A stretch of 64,000 nt of DNA, taken from NCBI GenBank assembly GCA_043810695.1, contig JBDRNV010000005.1, positions 10,590-74,589 of the forward strand, read 5' to 3'. This document shows positions 51,648 through 60,678 of the stretch, piece after piece (position 1 is the first letter of the stretch; the number at the start of each line of letters is the position of its first letter). This DNA is from Nanobdellota archaeon. GTDB lineage: Archaea > Nanobdellota > Nanobdellia > Pacearchaeales > GW2011-AR1. The translations under genes were made by a program, and so were the position numbers. The notes under the pieces are model-generated. The model ran no database searches. It was not told the DNA's origin and was given only the letters and a program-made list of their open reading frames with translations.

Positions 51648-53366
51648 ATGTTATACAAAAAACTTGCTGAATTGTATGAAGAAATAGGAAGCACAACAAA
51701 AAGACTTGAAAAAACAGCGATACTCTCAAAATTTTTAAAACAATTAAATGAATCAGATAGAGGTATTATGTATCTTCTTCTGGGGGATATTTATCCCGAA
51801 TATGAGGAAAAGAAAATTGGTATAAGCAGTCAGCTTACGATAAAAGCTATTTCAAAAGCAACAGGAGTTGAGGAAAAAGCTGTTGTTTCTGAATGGAAAA
51901 AAATTGGAGATTTAGGAAAAGTTGCTGAATCTCTTACTGAAAGAAAAAAACAATCTACTCTTTGTAAACATATTTTAACAACAGAAAAGATTCTTGAAAA
52001 TTTAAGAAAACTCCCAGAACTTGAAGGAAAAGGAACAGTAGCCAAAAAAATTTCCTTAATAACAGAACTTCTGACTTCTGCCTCTTCAAAAGAGGCATTG
52101 TATATAATAAGAACTCTTTTGGCTGATTTAAGAATAGGAATAAAAGAAAGCACTATAAGGGATGCTATGACATTAGCCTTTTTTGATTCAGACAAAGATG
52201 CTCTAAAAAAGATTCAGGATATGATAGATAAATCAAATGATTTGGCTAGTGTATTTGATATTGTAAAAGGCGGCAAAATAAGTGAGCTTGGAAAACTAAC
52301 TCTTCATGTTGGTAAACCAATAAAAGTCATGCTTGCTCAAAAAGTAAAAAATATTCATGAAGCTTTCGAATCTGTAGGAAAGCCCTGCGCAGTTGAGTAT
52401 AAATATGACGGCTTCAGGCTTTTGATTCATAAAAAAGGCAATAATATAATTCTCTTCACTAGAAGACTTGAAAATGTAACAAAACAATTTCCAGAGGTTG
52501 TTGAATATATAAAAAAATATGTTGATGGTAAATCTTTTATTCTTGATTCAGAAGCTGTTGGTTTTGACAGGAAAACCAAAGAGTATAAACCATTTCAAAG
52601 CGTAAGTCAAAGAATAAGAAGGAAATATGATATAGAAAAACTTCAAAATGAGCTTCCAGTTGAAACTAATGTTTTTGATATCATTTATTATAATGGTAAA
52701 TCATTATTAAACGAGCCTTTTGAAAAAAGAACAAATTTAATTAAAAAAATAATAAAAAATCAACCATATAAAATAATTCATGCGAAACAAATTATAACAT
52801 CTGATGAAGAAGAAACTAAAAAATTCTATAAGCAGGCTCTTAGAAATAATCAAGAAGGAGTAATGTTCAAAAATCTTAAAGCAGTATATCAGCCAGGTAG
52901 AAGAGTAGGGCATATGCTTAAACTTAAGCCAGAAGCGAAAGACATGGATCTTGTTATAACAGGAGCAGAGTATGGAACAGGGAAACGTTATGGCTGGATG
53001 TCTAGTTTTATTCTTTCATGCAGAGACAAAAACGGGAAATTCCTTGAAATTGGAAAAATGGGAACAGGAATAAAGGAAAAATCCACAGAAGAATCAGGAA
53101 TAGGAATCTCTTTCAACGAGCTTACTGAAAAACTCAAGCCTTTAATAATAGAAGAAAAAGGCAAGTCTGTAAAAATAAAACCAAAAATTATTATTTCGGT
53201 AATATACCAGGAAATCCAGCACTCTCCAAATTATAGTTCTGGCTTTGCTCTTCGATTTCCAAGATTCACAGCCCTAAGGCCAGACAAGCCATTAAGCGAG
53301 GTTTCAAGCCTTGATGAAGTAAAAAAGGATTTTGAAAATCAAAAAAGAAACTGGAGATATGGTTGA
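51648..53366 (+). CDS. lig: ATP-dependent DNA ligase
   Basis: 'EYKYDG', 'EGVMFK', 'ALRFPRF'; start at ATG 51648. Confidence 0.96.
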   Translation: MLYKKLAELYEEIGSTTKRLEKTAILSKFLKQLNESDRGIMYLLLGDIYPEYEEKKIGISSQLTIKAISKATGVEEKAVVSEWKKIGDLGKVAESLTERKKQSTLCKHILTTEKILENLRKLPELEGKGTVAKKISLITELLTSASSKEALYIIRTLLADLRIGIKESTIRDAMTLAFFDSDKDALKKIQDMIDKSNDLASVFDIVKGGKISELGKLTLHVGKPIKVMLAQKVKNIHEAFESVGKPCAVEYKYDGFRLLIHKKGNNIILFTRRLENVTKQFPEVVEYIKKYVDGKSFILDSEAVGFDRKTKEYKPFQSVSQRIRRKYDIEKLQNELPVETNVFDIIYYNGKSLLNEPFEKRTNLIKKIIKNQPYKIIHAKQIITSDEEETKKFYKQALRNNQEGVMFKNLKAVYQPGRRVGHMLKLKPEAKDMDLVITGAEYGTGKRYGWMSSFILSCRDKNGKFLEIGKMGTGIKEKSTEESGIGISFNELTEKLKPLIIEEKGKSVKIKPKIIISVIYQEIQHSPNYSSGFALRFPRFTALRPDKPLSEVSSLDEVKKDFENQKRNWRYG

Positions 53367-53407
53367 TTACAATAATGCTTATAAATAATTTAAATTAAAT
53401 AATTTTA

Positions 53408-53872
53408 ATGACAAGGATTGAAACAGTTGCAATTGTACAAAGAAATCCGAGAATTCTTTTAGGAATGAAAAAGAAAAGATTTGGAAAAGGAAAATATAAT
53501 GGTTTTGGAGGAGGGGTTAAAAAAGGAGAAAAAGAAACAGAAGCGGTAATAAGAGAATGTGAAGAAGAGGTCAATATAGAAATAATTAATCCAGAAAAAA
53601 TGGGAGAAATTTTATTTAAATTTCAAAGTCAAGAACAAAATCATTTAGTATATTTTTTTAGAGCAAGAAGATATCTTGGCACTCCAAAAGAATCAGAAGA
53701 AATGATTCCTCAATGGTTTAACATAAATAAAATTCCTTATAATCAAATGTGGGAAGATGACAAATACTGGTTACCAAAATTACTAAACGGACAAAAATTC
53801 AAAGGAGATTTTTTATTTAATGCTAATAACAAAATAGTAAAATTTAATCTAGAAGATATTACTAATTTATAA
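53408..53872 (+). CDS. 8-oxo-dGTPase-like NUDIX hydrolase (MTH1 type)
   Basis: 'LLGMKKKRFGKGKYNGFGG', 'RECEEE', 'MWEDDKYWLP'. Confidence 0.9.
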   Translation: MTRIETVAIVQRNPRILLGMKKKRFGKGKYNGFGGGVKKGEKETEAVIRECEEEVNIEIINPEKMGEILFKFQSQEQNHLVYFFRARRYLGTPKESEEMIPQWFNINKIPYNQMWEDDKYWLPKLLNGQKFKGDFLFNANNKIVKFNLEDITNL

Positions 53873-53955
53873 AAACTCTTTAAAATTCTCCTCAACCTCC
53901 TTATAAACCTTTATAAAGACATTTTTCTCTTATTTATAAAGGATATTTTATAAAA

Positions 53956-54513
53956 ATGGCTGAAGCAAGCAATTACAAGATACAAAACATTGTTGCAACT
54001 ACTTCTCTTGAAAAGCCAATTCCATTAACAAAACTGGCTCGAACACAGCCAAACACAGAATACAATCCAGAAACTTTTCCAGGGCTTGTTCTTAGAGTAA
54101 AAGAGCCTAAATCAGCTGTTCTTGTCTTCAGCTCTGGAAATCTAGTATGTACAGGCACAAAATCAATTGCACAGGTAAAAAAAGTAATACAAGCTGTTAT
54201 AAAGCAACTAAAAAAAATCAATGTAAATATAACAATAAAACCAAAGATAACTGTTCAGAATATCGTTGCTTCCGGAATGATAAATTTAAAATTGAATTTA
54301 AATTTCCTTGCTCTTGAAATGCAGAACACAGAATATGAACCAGAGCAATTTCCAGGGCTTGTATATAAATTAATAGAACCAAATGCAACTTTCCTTTTGT
54401 TCAGCAACGGAAAACTTGTATGCACAGGCACAAAAAACAAGCAGCAGCTTGAATACAGCATGGATTTGCTTCTGAAAAATGTCAGAGCTGTTTTAAAGAA
54501 TTACGATAAGTAA
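53956..54513 (+). CDS. tbp: TATA-box binding protein
   Basis: two repeats 'QNIVA..YNPETFPGL' / 'QNIVAS..YEPEQFPGL'. Confidence 0.98.
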   Translation: MAEASNYKIQNIVATTSLEKPIPLTKLARTQPNTEYNPETFPGLVLRVKEPKSAVLVFSSGNLVCTGTKSIAQVKKVIQAVIKQLKKINVNITIKPKITVQNIVASGMINLKLNLNFLALEMQNTEYEPEQFPGLVYKLIEPNATFLLFSNGKLVCTGTKNKQQLEYSMDLLLKNVRAVLKNYDK

Positions 54514-54521
54514 TAGTTAAA

Positions 54522-54830
54522 ATGGGAATTAAAAAGACTCTAAAAAAGATTAACAATCGATTCTCTGATTCAATATTCTTTATGGGTTTTCTAACAAATT
54601 TTGGTTTAGTTACAATTGCTCTTTTAGCATTTTTAATTAAAGAAACATTATTCCAATGGCCTATTTTTTGGAATCTTACTTTTATTTTTATAATTTATCT
54701 TATTCTATCAGTACCTATTTACAAATATCTTAATTGGGGAAATAAAGAGTTTAATAAAGGATTTATTTTTTCATTTATATTAACAACTATTTTCTTTATA
54801 TCACAATATATTTGGTTATTTTTCTTATAA
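54522..54830 (+). CDS. small membrane protein
   Basis: three hydrophobic segments. Confidence 0.6.
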   Translation: MGIKKTLKKINNRFSDSIFFMGFLTNFGLVTIALLAFLIKETLFQWPIFWNLTFIFIIYLILSVPIYKYLNWGNKEFNKGFIFSFILTTIFFISQYIWLFFL

Positions 54831-54925
54831 ATTTCTTTCACTACTTCTAAAAAAATCATTAACAATCTGTAAACTATTCAATAGTTTACAATAAAGTATA
54901 AAAATAGAATACTGGTTGCAATATT

Positions 54926-56959
54926 ATGGCTGAAGAAGCATTGATAACTGGCAAGTCAAAAAACGATGAATTAATGATTGAAGCAAAAAATTTCTTTGAC
55001 TTCAATAAGAAAGAAATAGGTGAATCAATAAGAAAGGGCAGAAACGTAATATATATTGATTTTATAAAACTGACAGAATTCTCAAACAAACTAGCAGAAG
55101 AGATTCTTATAAATCCAGAAGAAACACTTGGAATTATTGAGCTTGCAATTGAAGAAATGGGGCTTGTTAGTAAGGTTCGGATAAGATTTGTAAATCTTCC
55201 AAAAAGTCAGGAGATGGCTGTAAGAAATATTCGATCAAAAAATCTTAATGAAATGGTTGTCATTGAAGGAATTGTAAGGCAGGCTAGTGATGTTCGTCCG
55301 CAGGTTATAAATGCAAAATTCGAATGTCCTTCATGCGGCACTGTGATTTCTGTTCTGCAAATGGAAAAAAAATTTTTAGAACCTTCAAGATGTTCTTGCG
55401 GCAGAAGAGGTGGTTTCAGGCTTATCAGCAAGGAAATGGTAGATACTCAAAGAGTTGTTGTTGAAGAAGCGCCTGAGTCTCTAACAGGAGGAGAACAGCC
55501 AAAAAGAATAAACACTTTTCTTAAGGAAGATCTTGTTGAACCAAAAATGGAAGAAAAAACAACCCCAGGCAGCAGAGTCAAAATAATAGGAATACTAAAA
55601 GAAGTTCCTGTTCCACTTAATTCAGGCGGACTTTCAACAAGATTTGAACTTGCTCTTGAAGTTAATAATATAATTCCTATGGAAGAAACTTTTGAAGAGC
55701 TTGATATAAATGAAGAAGATGAAAAACAGATTCTTGAACTTGCACAAGACCCAAAAGTATTTGAAAAACTTGCCGGAAGTATCATTCCAAGCGTTTGGGG
55801 CTATGAAGAAATAAAAAAATCTCTTGTTCTGCAATTATTCGGAGGAGTTAAAAAAACTCATATAGACGGTCAAAAAAGCAGGGGAGATTTGCATATTCTT
55901 CTTGTTGGAGACCCAGGTGTTGCAAAATCAGCAACTCTTGGTTTCATGGCAGGAATTTCGCCAAAAGGAAGATATGTTGTAGGAAAATCTGCAAGCGGGG
56001 CAGGACTTACAGCCACTGTTGTAAGAGATGAATATCTTCGTGGTTGGAGTCTTGAAGCAGGTGCAATGGTTCTTGCAAATAAAGGACTTGTATGTATTGA
56101 TGAACTTGAAAAAATGGATCCCAATGACAGAAGCGCAATGCATGAAGCAATGGAACAGCAAACGATAACAATAAGCAAGGCAAATGTTCAGGCAACATTA
56201 CGTGCAGAGACATCTGTACTCGCAGCTGCAAATCCAAAATTTGGCAGGTTTGATCCATATCAGCCAATTGCACAGCAAATTGATTTGCCTCCCACATTAA
56301 TAAATCGGTTTGATGTAATCTTTCCTTTAAGAGATTTACCTGATAGAAAAAAGGACGAACTTATTGCAACACATGTTCTAAATGCACATCAAAATGAAGG
56401 AGAAGGTATGGTAATTCCAAGAGAACTCTTTAGAAAATATATTGCTTATGCAAAACAAAGAATAAAACCTTTTCTAAAAGATGAAGCTGTTGAAGAAATA
56501 AAAAAATTCTATGTTGAATTAAGAAACATGCCTGTTTCATCAGAAGGAGCATTGAGGCCAATTCCAATTTCTGCAAGACAGTTGCAAGCTTTAATAAGAA
56601 TGTCAGAAGCTTCTGCAAAAATGAGATTAAGCGAAACAGTTGATGCTGAAGACTCAAGAAGGGCAATAGAAATCATGAAATATTATCTAACCCAGGTTGG
56701 ATGGGATTATGAGTCAAAAACATTTGATATAGACAAAGGAACAGGAGGAATGCCCGCCTCGCAAAGAAATAAAGTCTTTCTCGTAAGAGATGTTATAACC
56801 AATCTTGAAAATAAACTCGGAAAAATGATTCCAATAGAAGAAATAGAAAAAGAACTTGAAGGCAAACTTACAACAGATGAAATAGATGAAGCAATAACAA
56901 AACTTGACATAAGCGGTGTAATATTTAAACCAAGAAAAGGATATGTTGCAAGGACTTAA
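54926..56959 (+). CDS. mcm: MCM replicative helicase
   Basis: Zn finger, 'GDPGVAKS', 'CIDELEKM', 'AAANPKFGR', 'NRFD'. Confidence 0.97.
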   Translation: MAEEALITGKSKNDELMIEAKNFFDFNKKEIGESIRKGRNVIYIDFIKLTEFSNKLAEEILINPEETLGIIELAIEEMGLVSKVRIRFVNLPKSQEMAVRNIRSKNLNEMVVIEGIVRQASDVRPQVINAKFECPSCGTVISVLQMEKKFLEPSRCSCGRRGGFRLISKEMVDTQRVVVEEAPESLTGGEQPKRINTFLKEDLVEPKMEEKTTPGSRVKIIGILKEVPVPLNSGGLSTRFELALEVNNIIPMEETFEELDINEEDEKQILELAQDPKVFEKLAGSIIPSVWGYEEIKKSLVLQLFGGVKKTHIDGQKSRGDLHILLVGDPGVAKSATLGFMAGISPKGRYVVGKSASGAGLTATVVRDEYLRGWSLEAGAMVLANKGLVCIDELEKMDPNDRSAMHEAMEQQTITISKANVQATLRAETSVLAAANPKFGRFDPYQPIAQQIDLPPTLINRFDVIFPLRDLPDRKKDELIATHVLNAHQNEGEGMVIPRELFRKYIAYAKQRIKPFLKDEAVEEIKKFYVELRNMPVSSEGALRPIPISARQLQALIRMSEASAKMRLSETVDAEDSRRAIEIMKYYLTQVGWDYESKTFDIDKGTGGMPASQRNKVFLVRDVITNLENKLGKMIPIEEIEKELEGKLTTDEIDEAITKLDISGVIFKPRKGYVART

Positions 56960-56960
56960 A

Positions 56961-57284
56961 ATGTGGGAAAAATTAGGAAACGTTAATATAAAAGATAAAG
57001 AAAAATATTTGAATTTATTTAGAGATTTGATAAATAGAATTCAAGCTGGAAATTATAAATTTAATGATATTGAAGGTAAAGATTATTATATTATTAACGA
57101 AGAAAACAGGAAGTCTAGCAAATTTGTTCATATAGTTCCAAAAGAGTTATTAACCCTCTTTAATGATATGAGAAAAGATGCACCTAACGAATTTTTAGGT
57201 TTTACTATATTAATAAATAATGTAAGAGTAAGCTGCTTTGGGATTCCGTGTTCAGAATTAAGCAAAGCGATAATAAACAAATAA
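56961..57284 (+). CDS. hypothetical protein
   Basis: ORF between mcm and rpa; start likely MWEK (56961). Confidence 0.65.
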   Translation: MWEKLGNVNIKDKEKYLNLFRDLINRIQAGNYKFNDIEGKDYYIINEENRKSSKFVHIVPKELLTLFNDMRKDAPNEFLGFTILINNVRVSCFGIPCSELSKAIINK

Positions 57285-57287
57285 AAA

Positions 57288-57929
57288 ATGGCTGAAGAAC
57301 AATTCAAAAGAAATATAGCATATAAACTAAGAATAGGCGATATTTTAATAGGAAAGCCAGTAGTAGATGGAGAAAGATTTTCTTTTCTTGAATTAGGAGA
57401 TAAAAAAATAATAAGAGTAAATATTATAGGAAATATTGTTGACAAGTATGACACAGGACAAGAAGAAAGAAGCGACGGAAGAAAATATGTTTTTCTTACA
57501 TTAGATGACGGCTCAGGGCAGATAAGATTAAAAGCATTTGGTGATGATTTTGATAAATTTCGGAATTTTGTTCAGGGGCAGACAGTTGTTGTAATAGGAA
57601 TGCTAAGACACTGGAACAATGAAACATATCTCTCTCCTGAAATAATAAAAGAAATGGATTCAAAATATCTTCTTGTAAGAAAATTAGAAACAGAAAAAGA
57701 TAAAGTCGTAAATTCTGGAAATATTGCTAAAGAGCAGGTAATAGCAATTAAGGACAGAATTCTTGAACTAATAAAAAATTCAGAAGAAAACAGCGGAATA
57801 GAGATTGATAAAATAACTGAAAATTTCCCGACCATCTCTTCAACATTAATAAACCGGGAAGTTCAAAAGCTTCTTGAAGAAGGAATTGCTTTTGAACCTC
57901 GCCCTGGAAAAATCAGGTATTTGGGATGA
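57288..57929 (+). CDS. RPA32-like OB-fold + winged-helix protein
   Basis: 'RVNIIG', 'LDDGSGQI', C-terminal 'LLEEGIAFEPRPG'. Confidence 0.88.
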   Translation: MAEEQFKRNIAYKLRIGDILIGKPVVDGERFSFLELGDKKIIRVNIIGNIVDKYDTGQEERSDGRKYVFLTLDDGSGQIRLKAFGDDFDKFRNFVQGQTVVVIGMLRHWNNETYLSPEIIKEMDSKYLLVRKLETEKDKVVNSGNIAKEQVIAIKDRILELIKNSEENSGIEIDKITENFPTISSTLINREVQKLLEEGIAFEPRPGKIRYLG

Positions 57930-57931
57930 TT
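57900..57931 (+). repeat. direct repeat copy 1 (RPA gene 3' end)
   Basis: 29/32 identical to 58394-58425. Confidence 0.9.
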
Positions 57932-57935
57932 AAAT

Positions 57936-58169
57936 ATGAAAATAAAATATTCAAAACACTGGATTAGGAAACAAAAAGATAAGAAAAAAGATATTACAAA
58001 GGACATCATTGAATACTGCATAAAAAATTCTAATCAGTTAAAGGACAAGTATTGGACAGATGTTTTTAATGCCATTTCAAAAATACCAGTCTCTGGAAGA
58101 ATACTCAAAGTTGTATATAAAAAAGAGAACCAAAAAGTATTTATAATAACAGCATATTGGTTAGATTAA
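57936..58169 (+). CDS. DUF4258/BrnT-RelE-like putative toxin
   Basis: 'YSKHW', 'ILKVVY..FIITAYW', 77 aa, upstream of a DUF2283-like gene. Confidence 0.7.
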   Translation: MKIKYSKHWIRKQKDKKKDITKDIIEYCIKNSNQLKDKYWTDVFNAISKIPVSGRILKVVYKKENQKVFIITAYWLD

Positions 58170-58170
58170 G

Positions 58171-58380
58171 ATGAAAAAGATAACTTACGACAAAGAAGCT
58201 GATGTTTTGAATATAGATTTGGAAAACAAAGAATATTGGAAAAGTGTAGAGTTACCTAATGGAATGATTGTTGATATTTCAAAGGATGGAAGTATAACTT
58301 CTATTGAAATTCTATGGGCAAGCAAATTCTTTTCTGGAGATGCCAGAAGAGTTATTGAAACAGCAGAATCTATTTCTTGA
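58171..58380 (+). CDS. DUF2283-like putative antitoxin
   Basis: 'ITYDKEADVLNI', 'IVDISKDGSITSIEILWAS'. Confidence 0.8.
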   Translation: MKKITYDKEADVLNIDLENKEYWKSVELPNGMIVDISKDGSITSIEILWASKFFSGDARRVIETAESIS

Positions 58381-58393
58381 CAAGTATGAGTCA

Positions 58394-58425
58394 CGTCCTG
58401 GAAAAATTAGGTATTTAGGATGATT
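58394..58425 (+). repeat. direct repeat copy 2 (RPA gene 3' end duplicate)
   Basis: CGTCCTGGAAAAATTAGGTATTTAGGATGATT, encodes RPGKIRYLG*. Confidence 0.9.
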
Positions 58426-58435
58426 TTATCTTCTT

Positions 58436-59479
58436 TTACCTATAAATTTCTCTTACAACTTTCTTCCTTAATTCAAATGAATCAGCCCATTTTGCATAAG
58501 CATTCCAGCCCTGAAAGATTTCAAGTATCTTTTCTTTATTTAAATCCGCGTTCCTATATTTTCTGATTTCCAAAAACATATTCCTTATGTTTCTTTTTCT
58601 TAAAAGCCTGAAATAATAAAAATTTCTGAAACCGACAAAATCTATTCCTCTTGATAAAGAAATAATTTTAGACTTTTCTTTATGAAATTCAATTTTTAAA
58701 TTTTTAATTAAAAAATCCTCTATCACCCCCCCCCAGCTTAGTAGTTTTTCTCTTGACGGATTTATAAGAACAAAGTCATCAACGTATCTTATATAATATT
58801 TTGCCCGCAATTTATGTTTAACAAATTTATCAAGTTCATTTAAGTAAACATTAGCAAAAAATTGGGAGGTTAAATTTCCAAGAGGCATTCCTTTTCCCTT
58901 AGGGTTGTCTAAAACATTATTTTCCAAAATTCTTTCAATAAGCCAAATTACTTTCTCGTCTCTTATCTTCCTTCTTATTATGCTCAGCAAAATTTTATGG
59001 TCAACTTCCTGGAAATAATGTTTGATGTCTGCTTTAAAACAATATCCTTTTACTTGATTATTATTAAACCATCCTTTTGTTTTTCCATTTTTTGAAACCT
59101 TTCTCATAAAATTATAAAATCTTTTTATAGCAAACAAGTTTCCCTTTCCTTTACGATTAGCGCAAGAGTCGTAAATAAAGGTTTTATCAAATATTGGTTC
59201 AATAACTCTAACTAAAGCATGATGAACAATTCTATCCCTGAAATCAGATTTAGAAATTTTTCTGGATTTTGGGTCTCGTAGAATAAATGTTTTTAATGGA
59301 AGAGGTTCATAAGTTTGGAATTTCAGTTCATTATGTAATGCTCTTAAATTAGTTACTAATTTTTCCTCAAACTCAATAACATCATCTTTCTGTGTTTTTC
59401 CTTTTCTTGCTTTTCTCCATGCAAGAACCAGATTCTTTATTGAATAAATCTCAGGATAAAGATTTTTATGGGTTCGCAT
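58436..59479 (-). CDS. DGR reverse transcriptase
   Basis: 'FRDRIVHHA', 'DIKHYF', 'GMPLGNLTSQFFAN', 'YIRYVDDF', 'IDFVGF'; 347 aa with no maturase/endonuclease tail. Confidence 0.96.
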   Translation of the reverse strand: MRTHKNLYPEIYSIKNLVLAWRKARKGKTQKDDVIEFEEKLVTNLRALHNELKFQTYEPLPLKTFILRDPKSRKISKSDFRDRIVHHALVRVIEPIFDKTFIYDSCANRKGKGNLFAIKRFYNFMRKVSKNGKTKGWFNNNQVKGYCFKADIKHYFQEVDHKILLSIIRRKIRDEKVIWLIERILENNVLDNPKGKGMPLGNLTSQFFANVYLNELDKFVKHKLRAKYYIRYVDDFVLINPSREKLLSWGGVIEDFLIKNLKIEFHKEKSKIISLSRGIDFVGFRNFYYFRLLRKRNIRNMFLEIRKYRNADLNKEKILEIFQGWNAYAKWADSFELRKKVVREIYR

Positions 59480-59493
59480 ATTAGCATGAAAAA

Positions 59494-59754
59494 CCTAGCC
59501 ATTAGTTGAGCCATTCTACCATTATCGTTGGAATTCGCCAAGTTATCATTGTTGGAGTTCAAATTCAAGTTCCTGTTCAAGTACAACCTGGAAAGTTTTT
59601 CTAGCCCATTAATTAAAAGTAAATCACCACCTTTTCAATTTTCAGTAAACTTACTAGTTGTTAAAGTTGAATTTTATGACTTCCATATTAATGGAAGTGC
59701 TATTAATGGGCGTGTGGCCCAACCATGATACTTGATTAACAAGTACTGGCTAGG
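59494..59754 (-). ncRNA. putative DGR RNA (structured leader + TR + short spacer)
   Basis: no minus-strand ORF of 60 aa or more; several inverted repeats; 8-bp end-to-end complementarity; TATA-like box upstream. Confidence 0.6.
59511..59596 (-). repeat. DGR template repeat (TR)
   Basis: 86 bp, 29 adenines; reads LSRLYLNRNLNLNSNNDNLANSNDNGR (10 AAY codons) in target frame. Confidence 0.96.
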
Positions 59755-59775
59755 AATTTTATAAAGAAGAATTGT

Positions 59776-59783
59776 TTTATAAA
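59776..59783 (-). promoter_or_regulatory. TATA-like box for TR/RT transcript
   Basis: TTTATAAA about 22 nt upstream of the structured leader; weak evidence in an AT-rich genome. Confidence 0.4.
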
Positions 59784-59818
59784 TTTAATTTCCTTTAAAT
59801 TGACTACGCTTGGACAAT

Positions 59819-60676
59819 TTATTTTCCACTAAGAACTTTTTCTGCTTTTTTGTATCTTCTATCAACTTCTGATATTTGTTTATCTCTTATTTCTTGAAGA
59901 TTTTTTAAATAATCATCCAAAATTTTCTGCGAAGTGGCTTCGCCACTTACAACAACCACCCTACCACCATCGCCGGAATCCGCCAAGCCACCATCGTTGG
60001 AGATCAAACTCAAGCCCCTGCCCAAGTACAACCTGGAAAGTCCTGAATCTCTTGTATAAAGAGTTCTGTTTCCATCTCCTAATTTTTCAGGCAAACCATA
60101 TTTTCCTGTTTCTGAAAATGATTTTTGATTATTTTTTCCATTAAGAATAGGTGCATAAATTAATTCTGCTTCATCTGTTAACTTAAATACCAATCCCTTA
60201 GGCGAATTTGAATCATTGACTATTTCAAGCTCATTTAATGAAATAAGTATTGGTGTTTCTCCTGCTTTTTTTCCTCTTGCTTTTACCTGTTCTGCTAAAT
60301 TTTTAGCGAGATATTCATTTGGATTTCCCTCTGTTCTTAAAACTAATCCAGTATCTTCATATGTTCCTCTTAAATTAAAGGCATTTGTTTTTAAAACTCT
60401 TTCAAGGTCAGCTTGGTTTGCTGTTCTTAATCCTTCTTGTTTAAGAATCTGGTTAGCAAGAACAACTACAAAGGGGTTGCTTTCTTTTACAATACCATCT
60501 GTATATGAAAGAACATTAAGGGCATTTGCGTTTTTGTAATCAATTTTAACTTTTCCTTGGTATTCTGCTAAGAAAGCTTTTCCAAAATCTCCTTCTAAAA
60601 ATCCTGCTTGAGGTGTGTTTTCTGGAATTGCAATTAATGGTTTTCCTTTGAATGCTGGAAGTCTTGTCTTTTCCAT
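59819..60676 (-). CDS. DGR target protein 1
   Basis: contains VR1 encoding LSRLYLGRGLSLISNDGGLADSGDGGRV. Confidence 0.92.
   Translation of the reverse strand: MEKTRLPAFKGKPLIAIPENTPQAGFLEGDFGKAFLAEYQGKVKIDYKNANALNVLSYTDGIVKESNPFVVVLANQILKQEGLRTANQADLERVLKTNAFNLRGTYEDTGLVLRTEGNPNEYLAKNLAEQVKARGKKAGETPILISLNELEIVNDSNSPKGLVFKLTDEAELIYAPILNGKNNQKSFSETGKYGLPEKLGDGNRTLYTRDSGLSRLYLGRGLSLISNDGGLADSGDGGRVVVVSGEATSQKILDDYLKNLQEIRDKQISEVDRRYKKAEKVLSGK
59932..59948 (-). other. hairpin 3' of VR1 (AAGTGGC-GAA-GCCACTT)
   Basis: 7-bp perfect stem, GAA loop, 7 nt after VR1. Confidence 0.8.
59956..60041 (-). repeat. DGR variable repeat VR1
   Basis: 69/86 identical to TR; all 17 mismatches at TR adenines. 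Confidence 0.96.
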
Positions 60677-60678
60677 TT

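Noticed and set aside
53956..54513. Internal repeat in TBP
   Set aside because: Normal two-fold TBP architecture.
58436..59479. RT as group II intron, retron or CRISPR-associated RT
   Set aside because: No maturase/endonuclease extension, no cas genes or array, and the adenine-specific TR/VR pairs explain it as a DGR.
59528..59728. 66-aa plus-strand ORF as the DGR accessory gene
   Set aside because: Antisense to the TR/leader, non-ATG start, no resemblance to Avd.
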